From positions 97,712,001-97,776,000 of the forward strand of contig OZ024741.1 in NCBI GenBank assembly GCA_964016885.1: DNA of 64,000 nt. Direction: 5' to 3'. The first letter of the stretch is position 1, and every line of letters starts with the position of its first letter. Under the pieces are notes generated by a model. The model had not been told where the DNA came from. It saw only the letters and a program-made list of their open reading frames with translations, and ran no database searches. The DNA is from Eledone cirrhosa. Taxonomy: Eukaryota. A program made the translations under genes and the position numbers. This document shows positions 44,775 to 57,773 of this stretch, one piece after another.

Positions 44775-47700
44775 TCTCATCCCATACCTTCCTAGTTCTT
44801 CCTACCCCATATCTTGCATCAATCCATGCAATCCTTTATACAGCTGTCATCTTTCATACGCCTCACATGCCCATACCTGCGCATATTATTCTCCAACACA
44901 CTGCATCTGATCTCTCTTATGCCCAGTTTCTCTCTCACTTCATTTATCTTTTGCCATTCATGTATATTACTATTACGTATCTTTCGATTCACGGAAGCTT
45001 CATTTCTGTCCCATCTTCGTACACCTCTGTACAAGATCCCAATTCTCACTTTCATGGAACATTGCTGTTCGTATACACGAATCATACAATCTGTCCTTCA
45101 TTTTGAGGGAAAAAAACATTTGTATTTAATGGCAGTAGTAGCTCGCTGAACTTTCTCTATCCAGTTCTCAATCTGGCTAAACCACATTCGGAACATTTGC
45201 ATCCACTGCGAATTTAGCCGCCCAGTTAACGGAAATTATCAACTACTTCTACGGAGCCCTCTGGGCATTTAAAAGAGTTAGTATCCAGTGGGTTGTTGCT
45301 ATTTACTGCAACTGTGCAACGGCCACATATAAAATCTGCGTTCTTTGCTAGTATATGTGAAATCCCACATCTCTTGTGTACCCATAGTGTACAATTGGGA
45401 CATAGGATGGAATTTCTACCTACTCCTTTTTCTGCAAACCGAGCAAGGCTATTTCACCGAGGGAATATGAGCCGTGTTATCCTTTCTACATACTAAGACT
45501 TTGGTATTTGCCAGTTTGACTGTGATACTTTTAGATTCTAGGCCATGCATTCGGGTTTGGAATCTCTTTTATAGATCAACCATAGATTCATCCATAAAGT
45601 TTAGATCGTCAAACATATAGATACTCCCATATGCAACCAGTATTAAACGCTTCCGTTATAGACAGCAGGATGTTAATAAACAGGAGAGGGCTGAGAAAGG
45701 AGAATTGATGTACTCCTACCTAGGCGAAAAATTATTCGCTACAGTTATTGTTAATTCTAACATTGCTTATTGCCCCTCTATACATGGCATGTACTGCCCT
45801 CACAAGCCACTCAATCTACCCCTAGCTTTCTAAGAGCCCATCAGATAAAGAAACGGGAGAATATGTCAAACATTTTCTCCGGGACCACAAATACCAAATA
45901 TAGCGATTTACTTTAAGGTAGGTTATTCTGCAGATGCCACACACGGATGATAACATCAGTAGTACTTTTACCTGGCCCAAATCAGAACTTCATCTCATTT
46001 TTGGGGTTGTAACACAAATTCCCACTGTTTTCTTTTATTAAGAAGTGTTATATCAACGGCGGGAACTTATGCAACAACCTAATAGTTGAAGTATGTTTCT
46101 GATCAGCCGTGCTATAAACTAGTTCTGTGATCTCCATGAACTGATCAACCAACTTGATACTTCTATAGTTTTCTCTGTCTATAGAAACGCCTTTGCCCTT
46201 CTAGCAGTTGACGATTATGTTGCTACCCCATTCATTGGGTATGACACCATCTTGTATTACCTGGTTTACAGTACAGGTGGTTAAATTATGACTCACCCTC
46301 CCAGACGCTTTCAGTATATCGGCAACTAGCCCCGATGGTCCAGCTGCTTTGCCTGCCTTCATGTCTTTGATTACTTTACTTAATATACTACTGCTGACTT
46401 GCACTGTCGGTCCCTCTTTTCGGTTAACTTGGGGAAAGCTATCTTCTTCTCATGCATTCACCTCATTCAGTAGTCTTTCATAGTATCATTTCCATGATAC
46501 ATTCGTTTCAGCGTCAGGGAGTGCAAGTACACAATTATCATATCAGACCAGACACACACTCTCCATAAACATCACACATTTCCCTGGCACACTTACTCAC
46601 AAACCGTAAATCCTCACACCTTTGATCCTCACGTTGTAAAACATGTTTAAATTTCTTGTTTCTACTTCCTTTCTTGCAAAGTATAGCTGCGTCTAACGTC
46701 TCTCCTAGCTTTTTGGTAGTGCTATCTATATCCCCCTCTGCCATTCTTTCAATGCCTGTCTTGTAACCTTAATTGTCTCCTCCACCTCACGGTTCTATCA
46801 ATAAGTCACTCTACCTCTCCCTAGAGACCTGCAACGACCACAAATTTCGTTTGATGCCTTCCGTTGGTTATGTTGTAGTAATCCCTACTGCTCCTCTGTA
46901 TTGTATGTCTCTATATCCTCCGTACTGTGAAAAGCATCAAGCAACACACATCTAAATGTGTTACTGGCTGCGGGATACTTTAACTTCCATATTCTTCTCC
47001 TCCCGCTTGTCCTTTTTGTAGAATACGTCTAAGTTTACCTATGAGGTCACTAACTACAAGTTTATTTTGGGTGGTGCATTCTTCAACAGGGAAGTAATTT
47101 GTGTTTACATTTCTCACTCTGTCTCCTCTTCTGGTGAGTATTAAGTGTATCTGGCAGGCATGCTTCCCTGATGTATAAGTGATCAAGTGATGGTCTGGGT
47201 TTTTGAAGTTTGTGTTACAGAAAGATAATCATATGCATGGCAGAATTCTAGAAATCTGGAAACTTCATAATTTCTAATAACTAATCAATAACCTCCATTT
47301 TTCTCCTCGAAGCCGTCACAGAATTGCCCAATATGCCTATTAATGTTACCAGCAAGGCTTATGAAGTCACTGTTGCTTATTTGGGAGGTCGTGTGCATTA
47401 GCGATTCGTAGGACTTGCCTTCTAGTCCGTCTAACAGCCCTAATTGAGTTGTTTATGCAGATATAAACATTGTTGTTGTTTTATTTAGTACTAGTCTAAG
47501 TTTCATGATTGTTTCCATCTCTCTATTTAGGGTTATTAACTTGTCTACTCACTTTTCTCATACACCCTATTCCCATCAGTTCCTTTTCAACACAGAAAAA
47601 ATGTGTTGCTTGTTTTTATTTATTATTGTTTTTTTTGTTTTGTTTTGCCCACAAATAATCTAGCTGACATTCTCCTCCATCTAGTCGCTTCTGCACAGCA

Positions 47701-47800
47701 CGCATCAATTGTTTTCATTCACGTATCTCTACGTTTTCTCCTAATAAACCTTTCCTCGTGCCTACGTTGAAGGTGCCAGCTCACAGGCATACACATATCT
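44775..47800 (-). mobile_element. Near full-length decayed RTE-clade LINE
   Basis: AGTFNVGT (APE N-terminus, ~47770), TQNKLVVSDL, KAGKAAGPSGL..IPNEW..KGKG and RRYGHVRRM occur in the expected order, with many stops. Confidence 0.85.
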
Positions 47801-48715
47801 ACGTAAGATGTACCGGAGTGCTGAACAGTCCGTGCCTTTAGCGTATATTGAAAAGGTAGAGCTGTTATATTTGAAGGAGAGGTACTACCGCTGCAATTAA
47901 CTGATCACACTGTTTTTTTTTATTTTAACGAAAGCCACAACGCTTTCAGTTTGTATGTATGAACGTAAATGTTGATCATATACTCACGCTGGCCTCAACT
48001 GAATATTCATGTTTAGAACTTATTAGAACAATGTAAATAATAGGTTTTTATTCAGTACACATTGCTTCCACATTCATGATATGTCTTCATTATATTGTCG
48101 ATTATATATGTAAATTGAGTAAACTAAATATATATATTATTAATAGCCACATTTAATACTCTCTAGACGTTTTAGAATAGTTCATTTTGTTGTGTTCTTA
48201 TGGCTGCTAATTCTCTCGATAGTTTAAAATTCTGATTTAAACTGTTATTATAATTCATATAAATCTATTCGGTTCCCACTCCGCAGATTTATTTCAAATT
48301 ATATATATATATATATATATATATACATAATCTCATTTGTTTTTTTTTGTTTTTTTTTCAGTTTTTTTTTCGATTTTTTAAAATATATTTTTACATATAT
48401 CATTGACTAAGTTACATTTCGTTTCCATTTTATTCTTTAACATATTTTGAAGCATAATGCATTTTTTCAAGCGGTATGTATAATCATACACATACACACA
48501 CAGCCGCGCGCAAGCAAACTCTCACACACACACGCAAACACGCACGTATATATATATATAAATATAAACAAGTAAGAATATTTTCTAAACAGCGAGCTGG
48601 TTTGAAATTATTATAAATGTAAGCTATTGCTGCATTTTGACTAAATAAATTAAATAAATCATTTAGCCTGATAGTGGTGTTAAGAACCCTCGGAGAAATG
48701 GAAAAAGCTTAGTAT

Positions 48716-48787
48716 TGACGTATATGGGAGTCGAACCCACATCTTAGGTTATCCAGACCACTGTGCTACCATTTACACTAACACATC
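48716..48787 (-). pseudogene. tRNA-like cloverleaf (loop CTGGATA, nominal anticodon GGA); probably a tRNA-derived repeat
   Basis: GATGTGT/ATACGTC 7-bp acceptor, GTGT/GCAC D-arm, GTGGG-TTCGACT-CCCAT T-arm, 72 nt. Anticodon stem has only 3 bp and there is no long Ser variable arm. Confidence 0.7.
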
Positions 48788-49030
48788 ACCGTTTTTTTCC
48801 ATTCAAATTAGAAGCTATAAACTTAGCGACTGTAATGTCAAGTAAGAATATTTTTGAAACAGCGAGCAGGTTTGAAATTATTATAAATGTAAGCTATCGC
48901 CGTATTTTGACTAGAGAAATTAAAAAAATTATTTAGCCTGATAGTGGGGTTAAGACAAAATACGGCGATAGCTTACATTTATAATACATATAAACGTACA
49001 AATACTTTCACACACATTCACGCACACACA

Positions 49031-49068
<38 letters not shown>

Positions 49069-49288
49069 GTATAGAGTGTGTGTGAATGCATTTGTACGTT
49101 TATATATATATATATATATATGTTTGTGTGTGTGTCTGTGTTTGTGTACATATATTTATATATTTATTTATATTTATGTACGTATAAACGTAAGAAATCA
49201 TTAAGGACATGTAACTAAGGGGAATTAAAATTATATTCTAAACTACATGCCATGTTTTTGTTTCCGCAAATATTTATCATTATTTGCT

Positions 49289-49410
49289 ACGATCTGAGTT
49301 CAAATCCCGCCGTGGTTAACTTTGCCTTTCATCCTTACGGGGTCGATAAAATAAAGTATCAGTAATGCACTGGGTAATTTCTGGCCTTGTGCCAAAAGTA
49401 GAAACAATTA
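49289..49410 (+). mobile_element. 5'-truncated SINE
   Basis: B-box through tail GGCCTTGTGCCAAAAGTAGAAAC. Confidence 0.85.
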
Positions 49411-49776
49411 TCTACTTTCTCCCATATCCTATTAAATTAGATAGTTCAACTAATTAGTGTAACAATAGAATTATAGCTAATTCATTTCGTTAAAGAATTT
49501 ATAATTACATTCAGAAAACAAAACCTTACTGCTATTTGATGAAATGAGACAGAATATTCTCATATAGTCTGTATATTTACCGTTTTCTATTCAAATCTGT
49601 ATTCAGTTCCCAATTTGTATGCATTTTCCTGTGAAAAGTACCCTCAGAATAATTGAGTAACTAAATTATAGTGACCTCCATTTGTTTATGAATATAATGA
49701 ACAACTTGAAAATTATAGCTGTTGGCATATTGATAAGCATTTTAACAACATGATAGGAGTGAAGTTACATAGTTGG

Positions 49777-49954
<178 letters not shown>

Positions 49955-49955
49955 G

Positions 49956-50005
<50 letters not shown>

Positions 50006-50007
50006 AA

Positions 50008-50292
50008 AAAAGATGAAATCGAAAATGAAACTGGAGTCTTATTTTTTTAAAAGATGAAATCGAAAATTCAATTGGAGTCTTAGTTTATTAAAAGATGAAA
50101 TCGAAAATGCAACTGGAGTCTTATTTTTTTTAAAGATGAAATCGAAAATCCAACTGGAGTCTTAGTTTTTTAAAAGATGAAATCGAAAATGCAACTGGAG
50201 TCTTATTTTTTTAAAAGATGAAATCGAAAATGCAACTGGAGTCTTATTCATTTAAAAGATGAAATTGAAAATGCAACTGGAGTCTTATTTTT
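50008..50292. repeat. Minisatellite, 7 x ~41 bp
   Basis: Unit AAAGATGAAATCGAAAATGCAACTGGAGTCTTATTTTTTTA. Confidence 0.92.
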
Positions 50293-50550
50293 CATTTTGT
50301 AAAAAAAAACTCACTTTCTAATATACATCTCGGTTATTTTTCATTTTTCCCTGATGTCCTGTTTTAAGCGCCCAAACTTCTATGATCTGATCTATATATA
50401 AGGCTTAAGATGGTAATATGGACGAAACAAAAGAAGGGCCCCTTCGTCAGCTGTTAACTGCAGATCAGATCATAGATGTTTGGGCGCTTAAAACAGGACA
50501 TCAGGGAAAGAATAGAAAAAAAAAGAAAAATGAATGAGGAGAGAGGAAGA

Positions 50551-50903
50551 AAAGGTCTCCAAAGCGATGGGCACCCAGAGAAACCATTCGTACGGCTGTT
50601 GGCAACACTGTTGTGATTGGTGCTGTCCATACACTTCCGTCAATTGGCGATAAATTTCAATCAGTTCAACGCCTTTTGCGTTGAAAAACCGAATAACTGC
50701 GCGATCTTCGCACTTGGCGGTAGCGTTCAACGGGGGCTCCATTCTCAACGGCTACCAAGCCAATTTGACCATCCCAGCGAAGCGCGCGCACGTTTGTTTG
50801 GGAGTGAAGGAAGCACCAATCAAAACAGTGTTGCTAACAGCCGTACGAACAGTTTCTCTGCGACCCCATCGCTTTGGAGACCTTACTTTTAGGATTGCCC
50901 ACG
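50551..50903 (-). mobile_element. Internally deleted mariner element
   Basis: EDRAVIRFFNAKG..EIYRQLTEVYG resembles the mariner N-terminal HTH. Inverted repeats at 50551-50612 / 50823-50884. Right end reads TA-CGTGGGCAATCCTAAAAGT; the left TIR is truncated. Confidence 0.8.
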
Positions 50904-50920
50904 TATATGTATATATAACC

Positions 50921-51415
50921 TACCACTAGTCCACTGAGACAGCGAGGAAAGTCTTCTGAATATTCATACTTATATACTTACTTTCAAAATGTTCAATATA
51001 TATATATAAACTACCTTCACCACTAATTGATTACACATACACACAAACTACTGACCAAATAATGTTTGGTATCAATGGGTTAAAGACGTCTGTCAAATCA
51101 ATTAGTGGTGAAGGTGGTGTAATATATATACATATTGAACATTTTGAAAGTAGGTATATAATATGAATTTTCAGAAGATTTTCGTTGATGTTTCAGTGTA
51201 CTAGCGGTAGCTTCCAGGGACGGTGGCGATCCTAGTCTTGGGTTCAATCCTGGTCGAGAGTTACATGTACTATTTTTCAGTTTTTTTTATTTTAAATCCC
51301 ATAGAAAAAAACTGAACTGGTTTACCGGGAAACCTATTCCTGACCAGGATCGAACTACAGACGAGAATCACCACCGTCTCTGGTACCCACCGCTAGGTCG
51401 ACGAGACAGCTACAA
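50921..51415. repeat. Alternating inverted copies of a second tRNA-derived repeat
   Basis: Arms 50921-51032 / 51096-51210. B-box GGTTCAATCC on + at ~51241 and AGTTCGATCC on - at ~51350, in homologous context. Confidence 0.6.
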
Positions 51416-51453
51416 AGCTATAACAAAAATTAATATTTATAAACTTACGTTCA

Positions 51454-51491
<38 letters not shown>

Positions 51492-51512
51492 CATGCACGC
51501 ATACACGCACCC

Positions 51513-51625
<113 letters not shown>

Positions 51626-52869
51626 ACCATCTAATAGTCTAAAACTTGAGACTATGCAAAGCAAAATAAATCCACAAAACCAACTCGTCGAGGTCGGCTT
51701 AAAAGATAAGGTGGGAAACGTGGATTGTTAATGAACTACAAAAGTATGCATATCTTATTGCATTCAAATTTAAAAATCTACCTGATCAAACTGAGGATGT
51801 TGCGTGGAAGTGGTGATTGTTTAGCTAAACAGTTTCTGCTTCCGCTGCAAAATGCTGCCGGTGAAATAGGCTTGGTGGAGCGCCGAATGAAAACCATGGT
51901 TCAATAAAGAGATCAAAGATGACATCCGATCAAAGACGGGGCCCTACAAAACTTGGCTTGGAATTAGGCTCTCCATATTACACTTCCGATAAAGCATAAG
52001 GATAAAGGTCCCATAACAACTTGTGGAGTTGTCGAGGCACCGTCATAAGGGCGTGTCTATGACACATTTAAACCTGGCGCTTCCCAACCCTCTCCATGTC
52101 TGAACACAGCTGAATATTTCTACTGATGAAGAATCGACGGCAGTACTGAACTGTGATAAAGCAAGCACGTAATATCGCAGCGGAGAGAGTAAAGTCGCCC
52201 AGAGTTAAGACATGGGAGGAATTTGGGGTTACGCTGGAGTCTGACTACAGATCAATAAATAAAGTGTTCTTGCAGACCATCCCCTGACTTCGTAATGAGA
52301 AGTCGCCTTTCACACATGCTATCAGTCATGTGTCTAGGTTTCTTCTCTCTTCAGAGAAGAAGATATTTGCGAGGCGGAGAGAATACATGCCGCTTTACTA
52401 AAGACAAGAACAACAGCATCCTCTGTTGTTCAAGAGGTGAATCTGGGAGTGATGACTAATATCTCAGAGGCTAAGACACCAGATAAATTAAAGTGCTCGT
52501 ATGTGGCAAGGATGAAGGTATTCTCTTGCAGAATCTTGTTGAGCCTGGTTCTCTCGAAAGACATCTGAACAATGGCAATCGATAGTGATCCGCCAAATAA
52601 TCAAGGAGGCAGACAAGAAAGATTGCTCCTTTTTAAATCTCTCCAGTAAAGCCTATGCTAAGTGTCTGGCAAATAGCTATAGAGAGATTGTCGAGTCAAA
52701 GCTAACCGACGATGGACAGTGTGGTATATATATACATATATATATATTTTACTTTTTTACTCTTTTACCTGTTCCAGCCATCCGGCTGAAGCCATGCTGG
52801 GGCACCGCTCTTGTTGCTGCGCATTCTATCTCCAGCCTGTGTTGGCTAGCCAAAGAGGGAGTTCGTTGC

Positions 52870-53490
52870 TGCCGCGTTTATGTTAACTTCGTAACGTGTT
52901 GTAGTCTCATCCTGAAAACATCCACGTCCACACCATGCAGATCTCTCAAATTTCTTGGCAGCTTGTTGAAGAGTTGAGTGCCTTTGAACGCCAGGCTATT
53001 GCAATATCTGTTATCTGCTCCTTATTCTAGATGTGAAAGACCGGATCTTTTGTACCACACAGTTACGTCATTTTCGGGAGTTGGTCCAGCTCTCAATGCC
53101 AAAGTTTGGTACTTGTCCCTCCAGGATTTTCCATATGTATGTAACTGCGTATCGCTCCCGTCTTCGTTCAAAGGAGTAGAGTTTCAGTTCTTTTTGCCTC
53201 TGCCAGATCTCAGCTCCTTCCTCGTGGCAATCCTCTTGGTGTATCTTCGTTGGATTGCCTCAAGCCCAGTGGTTCGTTTGATACTATGGGGTTACCACTG
53301 CTGGGAGAAGTAGTCCAGGCGGCTTGGGACAAATGTCTTCCATAGTGTCAACATTGTCTCTCGGTCTCTTGTCCGGAGATTCTTCAAGATCCACCCCGCG
53401 AGTCGCCTGCACGTTGCCGCCACCCTCATGATATATACAGAAAAAGATACATCATCGCTCATGTCTATCCCCAGGTCTCGTATGGATTTC
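52870..53490 (-). mobile_element. CR1/L2-group LINE 3' fragment
   Basis: IRDLGIDMSDDVSF..RLDYFSQQW and LYSFERRRERYAVTYIWKILEG. Confidence 0.8.
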
Positions 53491-53744
53491 GACACGGGGA
53501 CTTTTATCCCCCCCCCCCAACACCCTCCACCCGTGGTACGGTGAAGCTGTGTTGTATTGTCTTTGTGTTTTCAGGTTGGTTTTGTAGAGCTTGAAATTTG
53601 TCAGCATTAAATTGCATGCTGTCCTCCGCCTATTTGTATATGGCATATAGATCTTGTTGTAAAAGGGCAGCATCAGCTGCTACTATTATTATTATTATTA
53701 ATATTATTATTATTGTTAATGGTGGATATTATTATTATTGTTAA

Positions 53745-54130
53745 TGGTATGGGGTCGGACGCCATGCTTTGACGCATAGTTACGGTCCTTGCCATTCTAA
53801 GTTTCAATCCCGCCGAGGTTAACTTTGCCTTTCATCCTTACGGGGTCGATATAATAAAGTACCAGTAATACACTGGGTAATTGCTGGCCTTGTGCCAAAA
53901 GTAGAAATAATTATTATTATTGTTATCATATTTTCCTTATTATGGCCCATGTATTGGCAGTTTAGGTGGAGGGTCGGACGCCATGCTTTGCAGCATAGAG
54001 TTACGATCCCTTACAGTTCAAATCCAGCCGAGGTTAAATTTGTCTTTCATCCTTATGGGGGTCGATAAATAAAGTTCCAGTAATGTACTGGGATAATTGA
54101 TGGCCCTGTGCCAAAAGTAGAAACAATTAT
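53745..54130 (+). mobile_element. Two tandem SINE copies (~53745-53910, ~53955-54130)
   Basis: Both have head GGGTCGGACGCCATGCTTTG, the central domain and the tail; (TTA)n context. Confidence 0.88.
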
Positions 54131-54339
54131 TATATAATATTAAGAATGTCAATATACTAAATCGTATCACTACATTACAAACCCACCAAGTCTAAACTCA
54201 AGTCGATGCGTTTTCCCACACAATAGAATGTGTGTGTGTGTATCTGCACCAGTGCCTGTATGTGCACGTGTGTGTATGAATATGTGCGTGCCTGTGTGCC
54301 TGTGTGCCCGGAACCTGTCTACACACATGTGTAAATTAA

Positions 54340-54520
54340 TATAAGCGTGTCCGTGGGCAGGGTTAACTATACGTGTATGGCACACGGCACCGGAAACTGT
54401 GTCCGGCTCATCAAATAAAATATGTTTGTGGTCAACCGAATGCCTGGGGGTTCAGACCACACTTTAACCGAAGCCTGCCACTTCAAAGAGTTTAAAATTC
54501 CAATCGACGCCCCAGACATG
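54340..54520 (+). pseudogene. Possible very decayed Naiad C-terminus
   Basis: VWHTAPETVSGSSNKICLWSTECL loosely matches the A..Y..GS.KC.LC..E pattern. Followed by a pyrimidine-rich tract like the other pLTRs. Confidence 0.3.
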
Positions 54521-55572
54521 TTCTTCATTTTTATGTTTTATCTCCCTTATCTTATTATTTTATCTTACTATTTTATCTTACTATTATTTTATCTTACTAT
54601 CTTACTTATATACCTTTTTATTTTAATTTTTACTATTTTACCTCCTTATATTTTATGTTTTAATTTTATTTTTTATCTCACATAATTTTCTCATTATTTA
54701 TCATTTTTATTCACTTTCCACTATTTATTATTCAAGTTTTTTTTATTTTATTTCATATTTACATTAATTATAAATATTGTACGTCGCCATTTCATTTATA
54801 TTTTCTATTTCATTTTTTGCTTCTATTATCTTCCACTTTAGCTTATTTCATTTTAGTTTATTATGTTTGGCATTATCTTTCTTTCCCACCCTTTCCCTCT
54901 TTTCTCGTTCTTTTTCTTTCCTCTTTTTCCTTTTCTTTCATTTACCTTGCCTCCTATTCATTCTTATCTCATATTACTATCTATCGCACGCTACTCCTCA
55001 TTTCCTATCTCCTATCCCCTTGACCCTTCTCTACACTGTCCACTATTAGATATGCTCAACGCTTCCCTCCACCCCGTTCTTTTCCTTACTCCATTTCCTA
55101 CCCCACTCCACTTTCCACTTTTTCTCTTTCCATTTCTTGCCTTTACCTTTTAACTCTTTCCTTCTGTTCTCTACATTATTCTCCCTTCAACCATACGATG
55201 AAAACAAAGAACAGAACACCTAAAATGAATGAGAAATGAGAAGCTGCACGCAGATATCATATATATATAGATGTGTGTGTGTGTGTGTGTTTATCCCGGG
55301 TCAATCGGGGTAACCACAGTAAGTAAGGTACTCAATATATAGCAGAGTATAAACATTTAATATAGAAATGGTTTCTACAGAACTATAACTGTTTCATTCG
55401 GGAGAAATCATCTGGAACAGGTTCCTGATGATTTCTCTCGAATGATACAGTTCTAGTCCCGTAGAAGCCATTTCAATATGATACATATATATATATATGT
55501 GTGTGTGTGTGCGTTTGTGTGTGTGTGTTTTCATGTGTGTGTATGTGTGTGTGTTTGTGTGTGTGTGTGTAT

Positions 55573-55658
<86 letters not shown>

Positions 55659-55879
55659 ATGTGTGTGTGTTTGTGCGTGTGTGTGTATCTGTCTCTGTTT
55701 AAAAGGATTTAACACATTGACCACCACTTTGAGTCAGAAAACAGGCCCTTTTTTTCAAAAAAATGTATTACATCTATGAATTGCTTTACGTATGTAATTA
55801 TCGTATGTAATTATCATTAATCTTATTAATATCGCTCTGACACAACATGAAGACAAATAATGCACATATGTGTTTAGGG

Positions 55880-56600
55880 ACCTGTGAAGTCGCAACATGG
55901 ACGTCAGACAGATAATACTTTCCTCAAAATATGTTTATGTATAGTACCTATCAAAGCCACCTTTTGTATGACATATAATCTTTTTTGTATTCCAAATCCC
56001 TTTAAGGTGTCTTACGGCGGTTTCAAAGTGATTGCCTTTAATGTTTCAATTACAACTGGTATCTCTTTCACATTACCCTCTTGCAATACAAATATTCCTG
56101 CCAACTCCACATTCAATTCAGAGAACTTGGTGATTTTTTTCAATCGCTTTACATGCAATATTCGAGTACTTTGGTAGCCACGTCGATGATGTATGACAAA
56201 ACAATATAATAGGCTATTACCTAACCAGGAAGGATGCAATGCACAATTGAATGTAACTAATATCACCCTGTCAGGGAAATGGCAATGGTTGAAGAATACG
56301 GACATATTATGAGATGCTAATTCAGCCTCCAGACAGGAACATCCACTCTGTTCCATGTTTTAATTTCATTCGAACGTTTTGGTGACATCTTCGTATGGTT
56401 TCTCTTTCGGGAAACCGAACTAATATAAGTGGAAGTTGTGTGCAAAATCTATAGACGTACTTGCTATTTTAGAGACCCCACAGAACTGACAACAGAGTTT
56501 GAAGTTTAATTGATACACTTCTCCGATCATATGGCCACGTCTACAGACAAACAAGAAAGTAAATCAGCATCACCAAGAGCAACGTTAAAAAGTGAAAGCA
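55880..56600 (-). mobile_element. Decayed R4/Dong-like (RLE) non-LTR 3' end
   Basis: PD..YIIDVA..KKITKFSELNVEL..IPVVIETL..IQKVALIGT..ILRKVLS matches the restriction-like endonuclease C-terminus pattern. Confidence 0.65.
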
Positions 56601-57596
56601 GAAACTCTTTTAACAACAATGAAAGCTATCACCCACGAAGGAAACCCTGATTGAATATCACCAGAGATAAAATAATATTTTCACTAACACCAATTCAAGA
56701 TCACATTGAAATATATGCCGACAAAACACCTTTTGACTTCCCAAATGAAGGGCATGGCGTGGATGAAAAAGGAGTGTGGCTAAAATGCTAGAGGATAGAC
56801 TGAAAAAAACATACTGAAGAATCAGAAGGGAACCATACAATCATATCATCAAATTCTAATTGCATTGAAGCCTGAAATATGAAAAGAAAACAGGATGAAA
56901 ATATCACATCAGTCAAAACAAATTTGTAAAATTCACAAACAAAAATAATAACAGAGAGCCCAACAGCAGCAGCAGCGAAACGGGTGCTAAAACGTAGCAG
57001 GATTATAATTGCTAAAATAACTTTAGCAAGACCAAAGGAAACGGCAACTAGAAGCAACGCGTCAGAAAAACATTTACAAAGTTATAAAACCTTACAAACA
57101 CACTATAGAAGCACAGCAGCACCAATTGATAATGATGCAACAACAAACACAAAAACAACAATGGAAATTAATTTCTGTAAATACCCACGTTCCCAGTTTG
57201 CTATGAACTAAATGAGTTCCTTATGAAACCAAATGCTGATGCAGCCAATTCCCCAATGTCCGTAATGAATGAATCCGAGATGAAAAATACTCTGCCGGTG
57301 AGTCTAATTTATTCGTATGATTAAGTGCAGATTTACAGGAAAATGCCAATATAGCTATTTTAAAATCTATATAACACTTAAAATGTTATACAATTTTGCC
57401 ACGGGTGGATTATGCAATAAACAAAATTTATTGCGACTTTCTTTTGCATCATGTTAGTCGCAACTCTATTGATGTTTCAAAGTTGCGCCCGAATTATTAC
57501 TTTCAGTCATTTATCTTAAGAAGGAACACGGTCTGAAATGTGTGTCTCTCAGATGTGTTAACACTAGTCCAAATTGTCTCTCATATATAAATTAAT

Positions 57597-57773
57597 AATT
57601 GTTTCTACTTTAAACACAAGGCCAGCAATTATCCAGTGCATTACTGGTACTTTATTTTATCGACCCCGTAAGGATGAAAAGCAAAGTCAACCTCGCCGGG
57701 ATTTGAACTCATATCGTAAAGGGACGTAACTATGCTGGAAAGCATGGCGTCCGACCCTCTACCGATACTGCCA
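57597..57773 (-). mobile_element. SINE copy
   Basis: Near-complete family sequence. Confidence 0.9.

Noticed and set aside
48716-48787. Functional tRNA-Ser(GGA)
   Set aside because: Broken anticodon stem, no long variable arm, and G34 Ser anticodons are atypical in eukaryotes.
50008-50292. 41-bp repeats as CRISPR
   Set aside because: Head-to-tail units with no unique spacers.
51650-52700. Possible RNase H-containing LINE remnant (VFLQTIP..RNE)
   Set aside because: Too degenerate to support without a search.
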